64,000 nucleotides of DNA. It comes from Octopus sinensis (lineage: Eukaryota). The notes below the pieces were generated by a model. That model did no database searches and had not been told where the DNA came from. It worked only from the letters and a program-made list of their open reading frames with translations. How positions within the stretch are numbered: position 1 is the first letter of the stretch; each line of letters starts with the position of its first letter. This document shows, piece by piece, positions 38,520-51,503 of the stretch. A program made the position numbers and the translations under genes. The stretch is from positions 105,214,001 through 105,278,000 of the forward strand of contig NC_043003.1 in assembly GCF_006345805.1 (NCBI RefSeq). The letters run 5' to 3'.

Positions 38520-38950
38520 AAATTAATGAATTTGGCTACAAATAATTGACCAAAAGTCATTGGTGAAGTTCAGCACCTCCTGTACTCTCAAGAACATTGG
38601 GCAACAAGTTGATACCACTGGTTTCTGATGGCTGCAGTTTTCTCTGCATCCGGCCATGTGATGTTGGCCTCTCTCATGTAGGTTATGAATGTTCTGTACC
38701 CTGCACTTTTTGGTCATCCTCTTTTTCTTTTTCCCCTCCAGTAGTGTCCATTTGAAAGCTGTTTTACAATGGTGTTGTTCTGGTGGCCAGTGTATGTGAC
38801 TCACTAATCTTAATTTTCATTCTGTGATGATTTTGCTAAGCAGTCTTGTTTTGGCTTTCTTCAGAATGCCCTCTTTGGTTATATGGTCTTGCTAGTACGT
38901 TCTTTGAATCCTTCTCCAGTGTCTTTGGTGGAACGCATCTAGCTTTCTGT
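38520..38950 (-). mobile_element. Degraded RTE-clade LINE 3' ORF fragment
   Basis: Frameshifted minus-strand reading approximates FHQRHWRRI...WQDHITKEGILKKAKTRLLSKII...RLVSHIHWPPEQHHCKTAFKWTLLEGKKK. Confidence 0.7.
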
Positions 38951-39557
38951 TGACTTTCACAGTGCTCTTTCATTGGCATAGAGAACCATTGGTAGAACTA
39001 TGGTATTATAGAAGCAGATGTTTGTGTTGGGGTTGCATTTTATCAGCATTTGAAGTCCCTACTCCGGTTGAGAAAGAAAGGAAAGAAAAGAGAGGTAAAG
39101 GTAGAGAGGAAGAAAGGCAGGCAGAACGAGAGAGAGATGATGGTGGAGATCTATTGGGACATACCTACAGGGTACAGTGGGGATGAATATAAGTGGTACA
39201 GAGGGGATTAGACAGGGTAAGTGGGTAGGGAGGGATAGATGGGGGGATGTTTCATAAGAGTGTGGTGGGAGATGGTTAGAGATGGGACAGAGGTGTAACT
39301 GTAGCAAGTGATAGGAGTGGCTCAAGGGGCCAAAGTGAGTAGATAATTTAGAGGCTGATTATTTATGATTTATTTATCTCATTCACTCCTAAACATTTTA
39401 GCAGCGATGGAATAATTTGTTAGGCTCAATGGATATATTTTTATTGAAGATGGGACATGTAGTAAATCTCTGTATGTTTCTAGAATAAAAAATCTTAAAG
39501 ATTATACAGCTATCAAAATTGTTAACTCTAATTAGAAGTATTTGTTAATTATTTCAG

Positions 39558-39731
39558 GTAAATGGTGTTGATGTTTTAGAAGGTCCGTTACGGATATATT
39601 GGCAAGTTACTATACCAATACAGTTAAAACATTGTGATGACGTCCCTGTACCACCAATTGCATCATGGAGACACAGCTATTATGCTACTCCAACTGGTAA
39701 TGGCCTTAATGTTGATGCTGAAGAACCACAG
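39558..39731 (+). CDS. RASSF2: RASSF2/4-like exon (VNGVDVLEGPLRIYWQVTIPIQLKHCDD...EEPQ)
   Basis: Acceptor atttcag, donor CAG|gtaggc, 174 nt, phase 0-0, no stops. EGPLRIYW..PIQL parallels RASSF2/4 EGLLNISWGLRRPIRL. Confidence 0.88.
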
Positions 39732-40524
39732 GTAGGCTTGTTATGTATTCTCTATTTATGTGTATGTGTGTGTGGGCGTGAATATTAAACATTGTTTGTA
39801 TCATAAAATATACATGTAAAAGGCTTCTGCTTTTTTTTTTTTTTTTTTTTTTGCATCAATCATTACATGTACTAATGTGTGTGTATGCGTGCACACACAT
39901 ATACATGCATGTAATTTCTTTAAAACTTACAATTTCTGTATCCAGAATATAAACTGACCAATGCACTAAGAAGTGTAGATGGCTATGTTACTAAATGTGT
40001 TAGTGTTGAAAATCAGGCAAAGAATGAGACCAGCTGGCAGACACTTTGCCAATGCAAAGTCTGTAAGATTAAGATGTACAGTAACATGTAACTTTCCATC
40101 ATTATGTAAATCCATTCCAGCAATGGGCATTTGATTCTTCATAGAAACCAATCCACTTCTTTATGAGAATTTCAAACAAGAAAGTGACTTTCAAGAAAAA
40201 TATGCGCTAAGTCAGCAAACTAAACCAGATTTTATTTTTATTTTTTCCTTATCGAACAGCATTTAAGATGAATTTTGGCAGCACAGAAATATTTAAGTCT
40301 TCAATTTTCTTAGGGGTTGTTTTTATTCCTTTAAAAACATGTGATTTAATGCATATTTCACATTATTTTTTTAATGCATTTTTGGTAAAGAAATATGTGC
40401 TTAAGTATCTTGAAATCTCTTATAATAATTTTCTTTTTCTTTTTTTAGTTTTTCCATGTATGTAATGTATTTCAAAACTGTACTCAACATACTTAACAGA
40501 TACAGTCATTATTATTATTATTAA

Positions 40525-40855
40525 TTGAGGGTGGAGAGGGAAGTGTTGCCTTGTAGCAAGTTTGTTGAAAGGTGGGTGAATGTTGGAAGAATGGCCAGTG
40601 TGAAAGAACCAATTCTGAGCGTGCACCTGTTAAAAAAAAAAAAAAGGGCTCTTGCCCTGTTCAGGCTTTTGTGGGTTTTTTCACGAGGACCTTAATGCAC
40701 CTCGCCTCTCGCCTATTGGGGGTTTTTAATTTGTTCAATTTTTTTTTGTCATTACATTGTGCATACACAGAAACCCATTGTATCGTCCTGTATTTGTCTT
40801 TTGTGTTGTATGTCAATGTTGTGTATATGAGCCCTTGTGGCTAATAAAAGAATTT
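40525..40855 (+). mobile_element. Putative L1/Tx1-type LINE 3' end
   Basis: RVEREVLPCSKFVERWVNVGRMASVKEPILSVHL, then a T-rich UTR ending gagcccttgtggctaataaaag. The same end occurs at 23965-23985. Confidence 0.45.
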
Positions 40856-41270
40856 ACTATTATTATTTGCTATGTTCTGAGTTCAAATTCCACCAAGGTC
40901 AACTTTGCCTTTTATCCTTCGGGGTCAATAAATTAAGTACCATTTGCACACTGAGGTCAATCTAATCGACTGGCCCTCTCTCCCCAAATTTGAGGCCTTG
41001 TGCCTCCAGTAGAGAAAGGATTATTATTATTATTAAGTGGTGAGCTGGCAGGATCATTAGCATGCCAAATAAAACATTTAGTACCGTTTTGTCCATCTTT
41101 ACGTTCTGAGTTCAGATGCTGTTAAGATTGACTGAGCCTTCCAGCCATTTGGGGGGCAATAAACCAAGTACCAGTTGGACACTGATATCAATACAATTGA
41201 TTAACCCCCTTCCTGCAAATTTCAGGTTTTGTGCCTATAGTTAAAAGGTTTATTATCATGTATCACCTGA

Positions 41271-41465
41271 CTGGCCCTCTTGCTGGTGGCACGTAAAAGC
41301 ACCAACTACACTCTTGGAGTGGTTGGCATTAGGAAGGGCATCCAGCTGTAGAAACTCTGCCAGATCAAGATTGGAGCCTGGTGCAGCCATCTGGTTCACC
41401 AGTCCTCAGTCAGATCGTCCAACCCATGCTAGCATGGAAAACGGACGTTAAACGATGATGATGAT
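41271..41465 (+). mobile_element. SINE-like family C copy ending in (GAT)n
   Basis: ggtggcacgtaaaagcac...aggaagggcatccagctgtagaaac...ccaacccatgctagcatggaaaacggacgttaaacgatgatgat. Similar copies at about 3620-3850, 8060-8620(-), 11935-12165, 12465-12665, 15480-15875, 16230-16370, 28700-28895, 44490-44760, 53830-54070, 54310-54737, 59430-59630 and 61950-62240. Confidence 0.78.
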
Positions 41466-42161
41466 TAAAGATGGCTGACAGAACCGTTAACATGCCAGAC
41501 AGGATGCTTAGTGGCATTTCCTCTCTTTTGAGCTCAGGTTCGTCCACGGTTGACTTTGCCTTTCATCCGTTTGTGATCGATAAAATAAGTACCAGTTGTG
41601 GACTGGGGTTGATGTAATCAACTAAACCTCTCCCCTGAAATTGCTGGCCTTGTGACAAAATTTAAAACCATTATTATTATTATTATTATATTTATTTTTT
41701 TATCATTTTTAAAAAATCTATTTATTTATAATTCTAAATCCAAGTAAACATTAAAAGTGCAAGAAATAAGGTTGGCAATGGAATAGATTTTGTAATGAAG
41801 ATATTTTGTCTTTATTTTATCCCGCCCCCTACACTTTTTTTTTGTTTGTTTGTTTGCATACTGCAGCTAAGTTAATAGCTAAGTGTTGTATGCATATTAG
41901 TATGTAATCTTTCATTTTATGAACAGTAGTAATTTTATGGTGTTAGTATAGTTAAGGTGCTGTCGCAGCAAGAAAAGGGGGCTACAGCATAAGAGAAAAA
42001 TACCTTTGCAGCCTCATATATAGAAAGGTATTTGTCAGTTTTCAGAGAACAAGTCAAAAGGTTCACTTTCCACAAAGCAAGCAGTTCAATTTACTTGAAA
42101 TGTCTCCTGCTACCATAAAAGGTTCATTTAGGATGATAACTGTATTATTATTATTATTATT

Positions 42162-42377
42162 CAGTAGTTTTATTTTTATAGCGTGCTTTCACTTCACTAC
42201 CGAGCACAGCTCTGTGTGCCTTGGGTATGTGCTGTGATTTGTTGTGATGCTCTGATGGTTATTGTATGGAAAGTGTTCTGCGTAGGATGTGTGCAGTGCC
42301 TAGTAGTGCAATTTTCTGTATGTTATATGTGTTTGTAAGTCCTGGTGTTTTTGTTATGTATTTGTCTGAATATTTTT
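42162..42377 (-). mobile_element. R4/Dong-like non-LTR retrotransposon 3' end inside a (TTA)n tract
   Basis: Minus frame without stops: KYSDKYITKTPGLTNTYNIQKIALLGTAHILRRTLSIQ* (stop at 42261-42259), about 100-nt 3' UTR, and (TAA)n on both sides. QK..LLGTA.ILR is the R4-clade C-terminal motif. Confidence 0.75.
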
Positions 42378-44764
42378 ATTATTATTATTTATTATTATTC
42401 TATTAGTTCTTCCAGTTCACTGGCAAATTAAAGAGCTGCACTAACTCACATTACTTGATGCTTTAGTAAAATGTACCAGTCTTTTTAACTGTATCATCCT
42501 AAGGGGAAGGGCTGGCTTTATATATTTTTATAGCCTGTTTTAAATAGGAAAATGAAAAAAAAGTCTGAGTGCAATTTGTTTTTTACTTTTTAGGAAATCA
42601 TTATTTTACACTTTATACATTATTGTGTTACAGTATTTTTGACAAACTTTTTCTTTTCTTTTCATTTTTTTTTTTTTTTTTTTTTCATGTTTCTGAAATT
42701 TACCTTTGTAGCCATAATTATAGGTGTATTTGGCTACCTTGCTAAATGTTTAAGAAGTGCCAAAAAGCAGGCAAAGAAAGTGACCAGCTAACTGTCACTT
42801 TGCAAATGTACTCTGTGAGAAATACAGTAACAAATTCACTTAACCTCATTCATCCAAGGGTTTGGCTTCAAAAAGAAAAAAACAGTGATAAATGAACCCC
42901 ATCCTTTACACCTTGTAAAGTCTTTCGCACTGAATTTGTGGCCCACAGCAGCAAAGCTTCAATCATTGGGATTTTCCTTGATTTTCTACCTTTTCTTGTA
43001 AAGAACATATTTGTCTGTTGTTTGTTTGGATCAGGTACTTTTGCATTTATTCCTGTTTGCTGGTCTCCTGTTGATGGGTACAAGTACATAAGCCCCTATT
43101 ACAAATATGCAGCCTTGCAACCCATTGATGTAAACGCAAGCAATGGTCAGTGTTTTCTGGGTAGCTAAGCACTGTGTGTGTGGTCAGTGTTGTGTGGTTT
43201 TGCAGTTCAAGCAGAGTCTTTGACTGACCACCGACCAATGTTATCCTGAACCAGTGATGAATAAATTAGAAATAAGGGGATGTTATCTGAATCCCAACAA
43301 CAGAAGTCTTTGTTTTCTTCATTAGAAACCAGCCTCTTTATAAGAAGAATTCAAACAGAAAAACAAAAGTCAGTCAGGAAACTAAATCTGATTCTCAATG
43401 TCTTAATTTTAACAAATATATATTTTATTGAATATATCAACAGCAAGAGTCCCCCTGCTCCAACAGTAATAAAAATAAACCTTTTTAATAAGTAAGAAAT
43501 TCACTTCTTAATGCTATGATGCTATCCCATAGTGTAATGGAGGTTTGGCCATTGAATCTTTATCCTCAATCCATTTTAACTTTAGATTACATGTGTTGTA
43601 AAGTAATCTGTCTTGGAAGGGATTCATTATTTGAATATTCTGCTTTTGAAGGATACAATCTTATCTGGTTTTTTTTTTTCTTGTCAATGAGAAATGACAA
43701 CTTGTATACTTATGTATATGAAATCATTTCTTATTTCAATTGAATAGATTTAGGGGTGGGTATTTTGAAGGGATGGAAATGTATTGTCTAATACTAAGAG
43801 TGATATTAGCTCATTTGCATTCATAACAGATGAAACTAATCTTTTATGAAAGAGAAAACATAACAATTTTATTCTCAATATTTCCATTTCAATAATTCAG
43901 CAAGATGGCAAGAATGTTAGCACACCGGGCAAAATGCTTAGTAGTATTTCGTCTTGTCTTTACATTCTGAGTTCAAATTCCACTGAAGTCGACTTTGCCT
44001 TTAATCCTTTTGGGGGCAATAAATTAAGTACCAGTTGTGTACTGGGGTTGATTTAATCACTTGCTCCCCTCCCCCAAAATTTCAGGCCTTGTGCCTAGAG
44101 TAGAAAAGAATATTTCCATTTCACTATTTCTTATAGTTTGTATGTAATACTTTTAAGAGTATAGCTTTAATATCTTTTGGTCTTGACTTACTGTCAGTAG
44201 TGGTCTACTATGTCATGGTAGTTTATGGCTGAATGCCCCCTGCTGTCATCAACCACTCTGCAGCATGAATTAGATGTATTTTGTTGTGACAGCTTGGAGG
44301 GAGAGACGTAAGTCTAAACGTTAAGTCTAGTAAACATATACTTACTGAAAGTAAATATTAACAAAAATGGAGTTGTGACATTGTTGACAAGTTTTGTGGC
44401 ACTGTAGGCAAGTGTCCTCTACTGTAACCTGACGCTGATTAAAGCCTTGTGTGCGCATTTGGTTGAGGGGAAACTGAAAGAAGTCCATGGTGTGTGCCAG
44501 CATGGACACTGGACGTTAAGTGATGATGAGATGCATGCATGTTATAGGCTCCTTGACATCAAGTGATAGTTATGAGTGTCCCCTTCATAGAAGTGGTGTC
44601 CTTTGTTTCCAGTTTTCCAGGAAACCATATCTGACCATAGAGAAATATTATCTTCCTTTGAAATAGGTGTTTGGGACATGAGGAGCATCCAGCCATAGAA
44701 AATCGACTTCCACTCATTCTGTCCAACCCATGCAAGCATGGAAAAGCAGACATTAAAAGAACAA

Positions 44765-44796
<32 letters not shown>

Positions 44797-45542
44797 ATGT
44801 GGTCACTGAGGCTATTTCACTGTTTCTGTTAAATCTTTTGAGCTTTTATTTATTTTTTTTACTTCTTTCAGTCATTTGACTGCAGCCATGCTGGGGCACT
44901 GCCTTTAGTCAAACAGATCGACCCCCAAGTCATATTCTTTGTAAGCCTGACACTTATTCTATCAGTCGCTTTTGCTGAACCGCTAAGTTATGGGGACGTA
45001 AACATACCAGCATCAGCTGTCAAGCGATGTTGGGGTGACAATTATAGACACACATACACACTCATACGATGGGCTTCTTTCCAGTTTTTGTCCACCAAAT
45101 CCATTCACAGGGCTTTGGTTGGCCCGAGGCTATATTAGAAGACACTTGTCCAAAGTGCCACACGGTGGGACTGAACCCAGAACCATGTGGTTGGGAAGCA
45201 AGTTTCTTACCACAACTACACCTTTCATTCACTTTCCTAATGTAAATGTAATCTTCAGTCATTGTGGGTATTGAACTCTCAAACACTTTGTTGTGGGCAC
45301 AGCATTTTTACACTTGTCTATTATACTATCATTCCATTCTGCTCAAATTTGCTTTCGAGGAGTAAATGCTGGGGTATTGTAGCTTATTGAAGTATGTGTG
45401 GTAGAATGAGAAGTGCAGAAATAGTAAAACAGTACTATTGTCCTCTGACCAAACATGGTCAGTTGACTTACTGTGTTTTGTTGGAGAATGGTTATTTGAA
45501 TTCCTTGGATCATGCCTCATACATTCTAAAGAGACATGATCT

Positions 45543-45760
45543 TTAACCCTTTACTGATCGCATTATTCTACCAAAATTAATCCTTTTTTATCCACATTGC
45601 CTTGAACTAATCAGGCATTATCTTGTAGCTTTGAGATTTTGATGAGGTAGCTGTTAAATTTTAAAATGATATTGTAGGGTTGGTGTGAGAGACCAGATCT
45701 GGCCATTTTGAACATAAAACAGGCAGAATATTTTGGGCCGGATATGACCGGTTTAAATGT
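45543..45760. mobile_element. TTAA-flanked (piggyBac-like) non-autonomous element fragment
   Basis: Starts ttaacccttt. The internal part is the reverse complement of 14796-14870, and a related aaagggttaa end is at about 57575-57584. Confidence 0.4.
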
Positions 45761-46732
45761 GTTCAAGTTTTCAACCTATGACAAAATTAGGATCACACTT
45801 TTTTTGTTTTTTTTTTGGTGGTGGGGTTCTGCAGTTTTTGCAATTATCTGAGTTTCTTATTTTTCGATTTCTTGTGTTTTACCAGAGGAGGATGGAATAG
45901 ATTTAACTTTATGTCACTTTATAAAAATGTATCTAATCTTTGCTGCAAAGTGGTTGGTGATAGGAATGACATCCAATTATAAAAACCATAGCAAACACTA
46001 CCGTAATGGATACAGTAGTAATGTTGACCTTGTTTGGAGTTGTTGCATATGCCTGAGAATTAGTGACTTAGAGATTATAGTGAAATGGTAATCTGATCCA
46101 GTATGGACCCTCCCTCCCCCTCCCCCCCACCTAGCACATGAAATGAAGACTATTCTGAGTTGAAGCACTGCAGAGACTGATGGTACCCACTCACATTGCT
46201 TTGTTTGTTATATATTAACATTTTATGTAACATATGGTATAATTATAAACAGGGCAAATTTTAGCCATTTATTCACAGACTGATACAAAATGAACAACTT
46301 TAATCAGTCTTTGAACCTTATTGGGTTCTCATCAGAGGCGTCTACATCATTCTGACAGTCTCCGGAGAAACAAGCAGCCAATGTTTATATACTCAACAAA
46401 TGCAGCAGTTATTCTATGAAGGAATCTGTAACTTGCATACCGAAACTGTTCAATACTCTATAAATACCAGTGGCCTGTCAACGGGGATCTTGGTCCACAC
46501 AGTATTGAAGTATGATAGGGACTGGAGGGAAAACTGTTTGCTTTCCTCGAACATGTAGTCTCAGCTTTTGGTGCAGTGTTCACCAGAGGTCACTAAATCT
46601 CTAGGAACAATAAAAATAATAATAAAGTACTGACAATAAACTGAATTTCATTTAACTTACCTCTCCTCCTTCAAAATGTTTTTTTTTTTGTTTTTTTTTA
46701 CCTAATTAGAGAAAATCTATATTTTATAATTA

Positions 46733-46985
46733 ATATTCTGTTGTGTTTGGGGAGAGTCATTCTCTTTTAGTGCCTTATTATTGAACACACTCACCGCTAA
46801 AATTTCCACTTATTTCTTTTTTTCTTTTTTAAAAATTTTCATTGCATCTTGCAACCTTTTCAATAGTATTGCGAGACACAAGGATAATTTTAGAAAAATA
46901 AATAAAAGAGTGGAAGTTTTACCAGTGAGTGCATTAAATTATAAGGCACCAAAGAGAATGACTCTACCCAGACACAACAGAATAT
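46733..46985. mobile_element. MITE-like inverted repeat (about 45-bp arms)
   Basis: 46733-46778 is approximately the reverse complement of 46941-46985. Confidence 0.6.
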
Positions 46986-49297
46986 GCTTCAACACACGAA
47001 CTCACATAAAGAATCTTGCAAACCAAATCCCAAAACGAAATTATAATTAATAATTTTCACTTAATTCAATTAATACTCAATTGACAAAATACAGTTGTTT
47101 TAACATTTCTGTCTTAGTGGATTATTATTAACATTGACAACCATTGTTCATTCCTAATATTATATTGATTGTCTCTGTTCTGTCTCATATATCCTATGTG
47201 TCTATCTAGCATATCAGTTGGAACATAAAATATCTTCTTTAAATTTTCATATATTGCCAAGCTGGCTGCCTCCTTTTATTTCCACATTAGTCTGTCATTT
47301 CACTCACATTACCATTTCACTCGCTTCTACTTAATCCAGCCATATTACTGATATCTTCCAACCAGCTATGATCCATCATCATCATTATCATAGTCTATTT
47401 TTCTATGTTGGGATGGATTCTGTGAGTCTCATACTATCTCACCACTTGTTAAGGTCCATCTTCATTCGGGACACACAGCAGCAACAAAAACTCAATATTT
47501 GTTACGTATTTTTCTTTCTGGTGTGTGGAGAGAGAGGTTACAGTTTTTACAAGTTCCCATTCCATTTATCGGCCGTTTTACAATATGGATTGGGTACACT
47601 TTATCCTGCTTCTATGTTGTGTCTAAATTAATGGCATTGAAAGCTAATGCATATTGTTATTCCAGTATAAATATTTTATGCCTATGTTAGTTCTACTATC
47701 TTGTAACCCCTATCTCTTATTGTAACTCGTCTGTTTGTGATCTTACTGGAATGCTCTGTTGATATTCCTGTCTGTTTTAATTTTCATTCTTTTCAATAAT
47801 TAGTGAGGAAGAGGAGTGCTTTCACATTGGTGAGATTGAAGTGGTTGTTACTGGATTTGAACTAAATTTCAGCACTTGTTGAATATGTGAATTTCCTCAA
47901 ATCTCATGTCACTATCTTATAAAAAGGAAAGACACATTGAACAATGAAGTCCCTATATGGATAAAACAATGGGATGGTTAGGGCTGGAAAGCCATGTGTC
48001 ACACATGGATCTGCTTAGTGAGGGTTGGCCTGGGGTTAAACAACAACATAGACGGGAAGAGTATTGCAGAGAACTGCAACTTTGGGAAAGAAGGATTAAA
48101 GTATTTAATGCAAGGCCTTGCAGGTGGTGCACATTGGGATGACTAAAAGGAAGAGACTGGTGCCTCGGGTGAGGCTTCAGTAGATTGGGATATGGGTTCT
48201 TGGTTCAGAGGAATTGTCACAGAAAAGATGAAGAAACAATGTCTTTGAGTAAATTTAGCCCAGTTTGTTAAATGGCTTTTGGATGTTGTTTTGGGTATTT
48301 CTGTGTACAGCAGTTGCATAATTCCAGAAATGGGGTCTAGAGAGATCCCTAACAACACACTGCACTGGAATCATCTACCAGGAAGCCTCTGATCAAAGAG
48401 ATGAGATGAATTCTACCCATAGGTGTAAAACTTGAGCATGTAATGATGTGGGAGAAAACATTACTTTTGCTGATGCTCACAGAAGCAAGAGTTAACTTGT
48501 GTCATCGAAGAGTAAGTCTTTAGTATGTCTTTTACAGGAAATTTTATGAGCAGTTTCTGAAAAGGGAAGAGAGAAAGTATATTCAGATGTTTGAAATGAA
48601 AGTGATAGGATATTAGTTGTCAGCCCAACATGTTTGCCTTTAGAATTGCACACCATTATCAAGTCAGTGCATTCTGATAGCTACCTATAGAATGAGAAAA
48701 ACTATATAAAAAAAATAAATAAATAAAAAAAATTAGTGCTCAATAACGGAGAGTAATGAAAGACCTTGTTAGGGGTGAGAGCTTTGTTAGGTTGGAGTGA
48801 TTTGGAGAAACTTGAAACTCGGCAACTCTCAAGTAATTTAACTGTATTGTTGTTAGTTTGTTTGGCTCTAAATAGTCTGTTGCTCCCTTGTTACTCTTTC
48901 TGCTGGAATTATATTATTTTGTTACAACTCTTGTTGCATTACAGTTCTATATTTAAGAGATGAGGAATTATTTACATTTGACAGATATTTGTCCTCAATC
49001 TTGTTTGTTGTTAGCACAACGTTTCGGCTTATACACCCTCCAGCTTTCATCAGGTGTCTTGGGGAAATTTCAAACCTGGGTTCTCATTCCTAAGGTATTT
49101 TTCAATGTTGTTGTTATTATTCAGGTCATTGCCTGGAATCGAACTCAGATTAGTAGCCCACGCTCTTAACCACTATGCCATATGCCTGTGGGCATATGGC
49201 ATAGTGGTTAAGAGTGCAGGCTACTAACCCCAAGATTCAGAGTTTGATTCCAAGCAGTGACCTGAATAATGATAATAATAATAATAATAATAATATG

Positions 49298-51410
49298 AAG
49301 TAGACTGACATGTAATTTTTGAACATGTGGAAGGCACGCTAGATGCCGAAATATCGTTCAACTAATTTCACATGACAACTATGGCAATCTTCTATTTTTT
49401 ATTTCTAATAATAATAATAATAATAATATAAAGTAGACTGACATGTAATTTTTGAACATGTGGAAGGCACGCTAGATGCCGAAATATCGTTCAACTAATT
49501 TCACATGACAACTATGGCAATCTTCTATTTATTTCTATAATAATAATATAATAATAATAATAAAAGTAGACTGACATGTAATTTTTGAACATGTGGAAGG
49601 CACGCTAGATGCCGAAATATCGTTCAACTAATTTCACATGACAACTATGGCAATCTTCTATTTATTTCTATAATAATAATAATAATAATAATAATATGAA
49701 GTAGACTGACATGTAATTTTTGAACATGTGGAGGCACGCTAGATGCCGAAATATCGTTCAAAACTTTTCACATGACAACTATGGCAATCTTCTATTTATT
49801 TCTATAATAATAATATAATAATAATATATGAAGTAGACTGACATGTAATTTTTGAACATGTGGAAGGCACGCTAGATGCCGAAATATCGTTCAACTAATT
49901 TCACATGACAACTATGGCAATCTTCTATTTATTTCTATAATAATAATAATAATAATATAATATGAAGTAGACTGACATGTAATTTTTGAACATGTGGAAG
50001 GCACGCTAGATGCCGAAATATCGTTCAACTAATTTCACATGACAACTATGGCAATCTTCTATTTATTTCTATAATAATTAATAATAATATAAAGTAGACT
50101 GACATGTAATTTTTGAACATGTGGAAGGCACGCTAGATGCCGAAATATCGTTCAACTAATTTCACATGACAACTATGGCAATCTTCTATTTATTTCTATA
50201 ATAATAAAATAATAATAATAATATAAAGTAGACTGACATGTAATTTTTGAACATGTGGAAGGCACGCTAGATGCCGAAATATCGTTCAACTAATTTCACA
50301 TGACAACTATGGCAATCTTCTATTTATTTCTATAATAATATATAATAGTAATAATATGAAGTAGACTGACATGTAATTTTTGAACATGTGGAAGGCACGC
50401 TAGATGCCGAAATATCGTTCAACTAATTTCACATGACAACTATGGCAATCTTCTATTTATTTCTATAATAATAATAATAATAATATAATATGAAGTAGAC
50501 TGACATGTAATTTTTGAACATGTGGAAGGCACGCTAGATGCCGAAATATCGTTCAACTAATTTCACATGACAACTATGGCAATCTTCTATTTATTTCTAT
50601 ATATAATAATAATAATATAAAGTAGACTGACATGTAATTTTTGAACATGTGGAAGGCACGCTAGATGCCGAAATATCGTTCAACTAATTTCACATGACAA
50701 CTATGGCAATCTTCTATTTATTTCTATAATAATAATAATAATAATATAAAGTAGACTGACATGTAATTTTTGAACATGTGGAAGGCACGCTAGATGCCGA
50801 AATATCGTTCAACTAATTTCACATGACAACTATGGCAATCTTCTATTTATTTCTATAATAATAATAATAATAATAATAATATGAAGTAGACTGACATGTA
50901 ATTTTTGAACATGTGGAAGGCACGCTAGATGCCGAAATATCGTTCAACTAATTTCACATGACAACTATGGCAATCTTCTATTTATTTCTATAATAATAAT
51001 AATAATAATATGAAGTAGACTGACATGTAATTTTTGAACATGTGGAAGGCACGCTAGATGCCGAAATATCGTTCAACTAATTTCACATGACAACTATGGC
51101 AATCTTCTATTTATTTCTATAATAATAATAATAATAATATAAAATATGAAGTAGACTGACATGTAATTTTTGAACATGTGGAAGGCACGCTAGATGCCGA
51201 AATATCGTTCAACTAATTTCACATGACAACTATGGCAATCTTCTATTTATTTCTATAATAATAATAATAATAATATAAAGTAGACTGACATGTAATTTTT
51301 GAACATGTGGAAGGCACGCTAGATGCCGAAATATCGTTCAACTAATTTCACATGACAACTATGGCAATCTTCTATCTATTTCTATAATAATAATAATAAT
51401 AATAATAATA
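49298..51410 (+). repeat. Tandem array of 16 near-identical ~107-bp cores separated by variable (TAA)n tracts (period about 127-136 bp)
   Basis: Unit starts (aagtagactgac) at about 49298, 49431, 49564, 49699, 49831, 49965, 50092, 50226, 50359, 50493, 50620, 50749, 50884, 51013, 51149 and 51278. Confidence 0.97.
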
Positions 51411-51457
51411 TTGAAAAATACCTGAGGAATGAGAACCCAGGTTCGAAATTTCCCCAA

Positions 51458-51503
51458 GACACCTGATGAAGGCTGGAGGGGATATCAGCTGAAACGTTGT
51501 GTT
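51458..51503 (+). ncRNA. Minimal type I hammerhead ribozyme motif
   Basis: gacac-CTGATGA-a-ggctg...cagct-GAAA-cg-tt-gtgtt. The palindromic ACGU stem III is intact and stem II closes with G-U. Confidence 0.72.

Noticed and set aside
46300-46345. Minus-strand CTGATGA-gaacc/ggttc hammerhead-like motif
   Set aside because: It is followed by AAAG rather than GAAA, with no credible stem I or III.
47880-48560. Higher-GC stretch that might be LINE ORF2
   Set aside because: No recognisable motif in the frames read.
49298-51410. CRISPR-like repeat/spacer appearance
   Set aside because: The constant part is about 107 bp and the spacers are only (TAA)n. The context is a eukaryotic intron with no cas genes.
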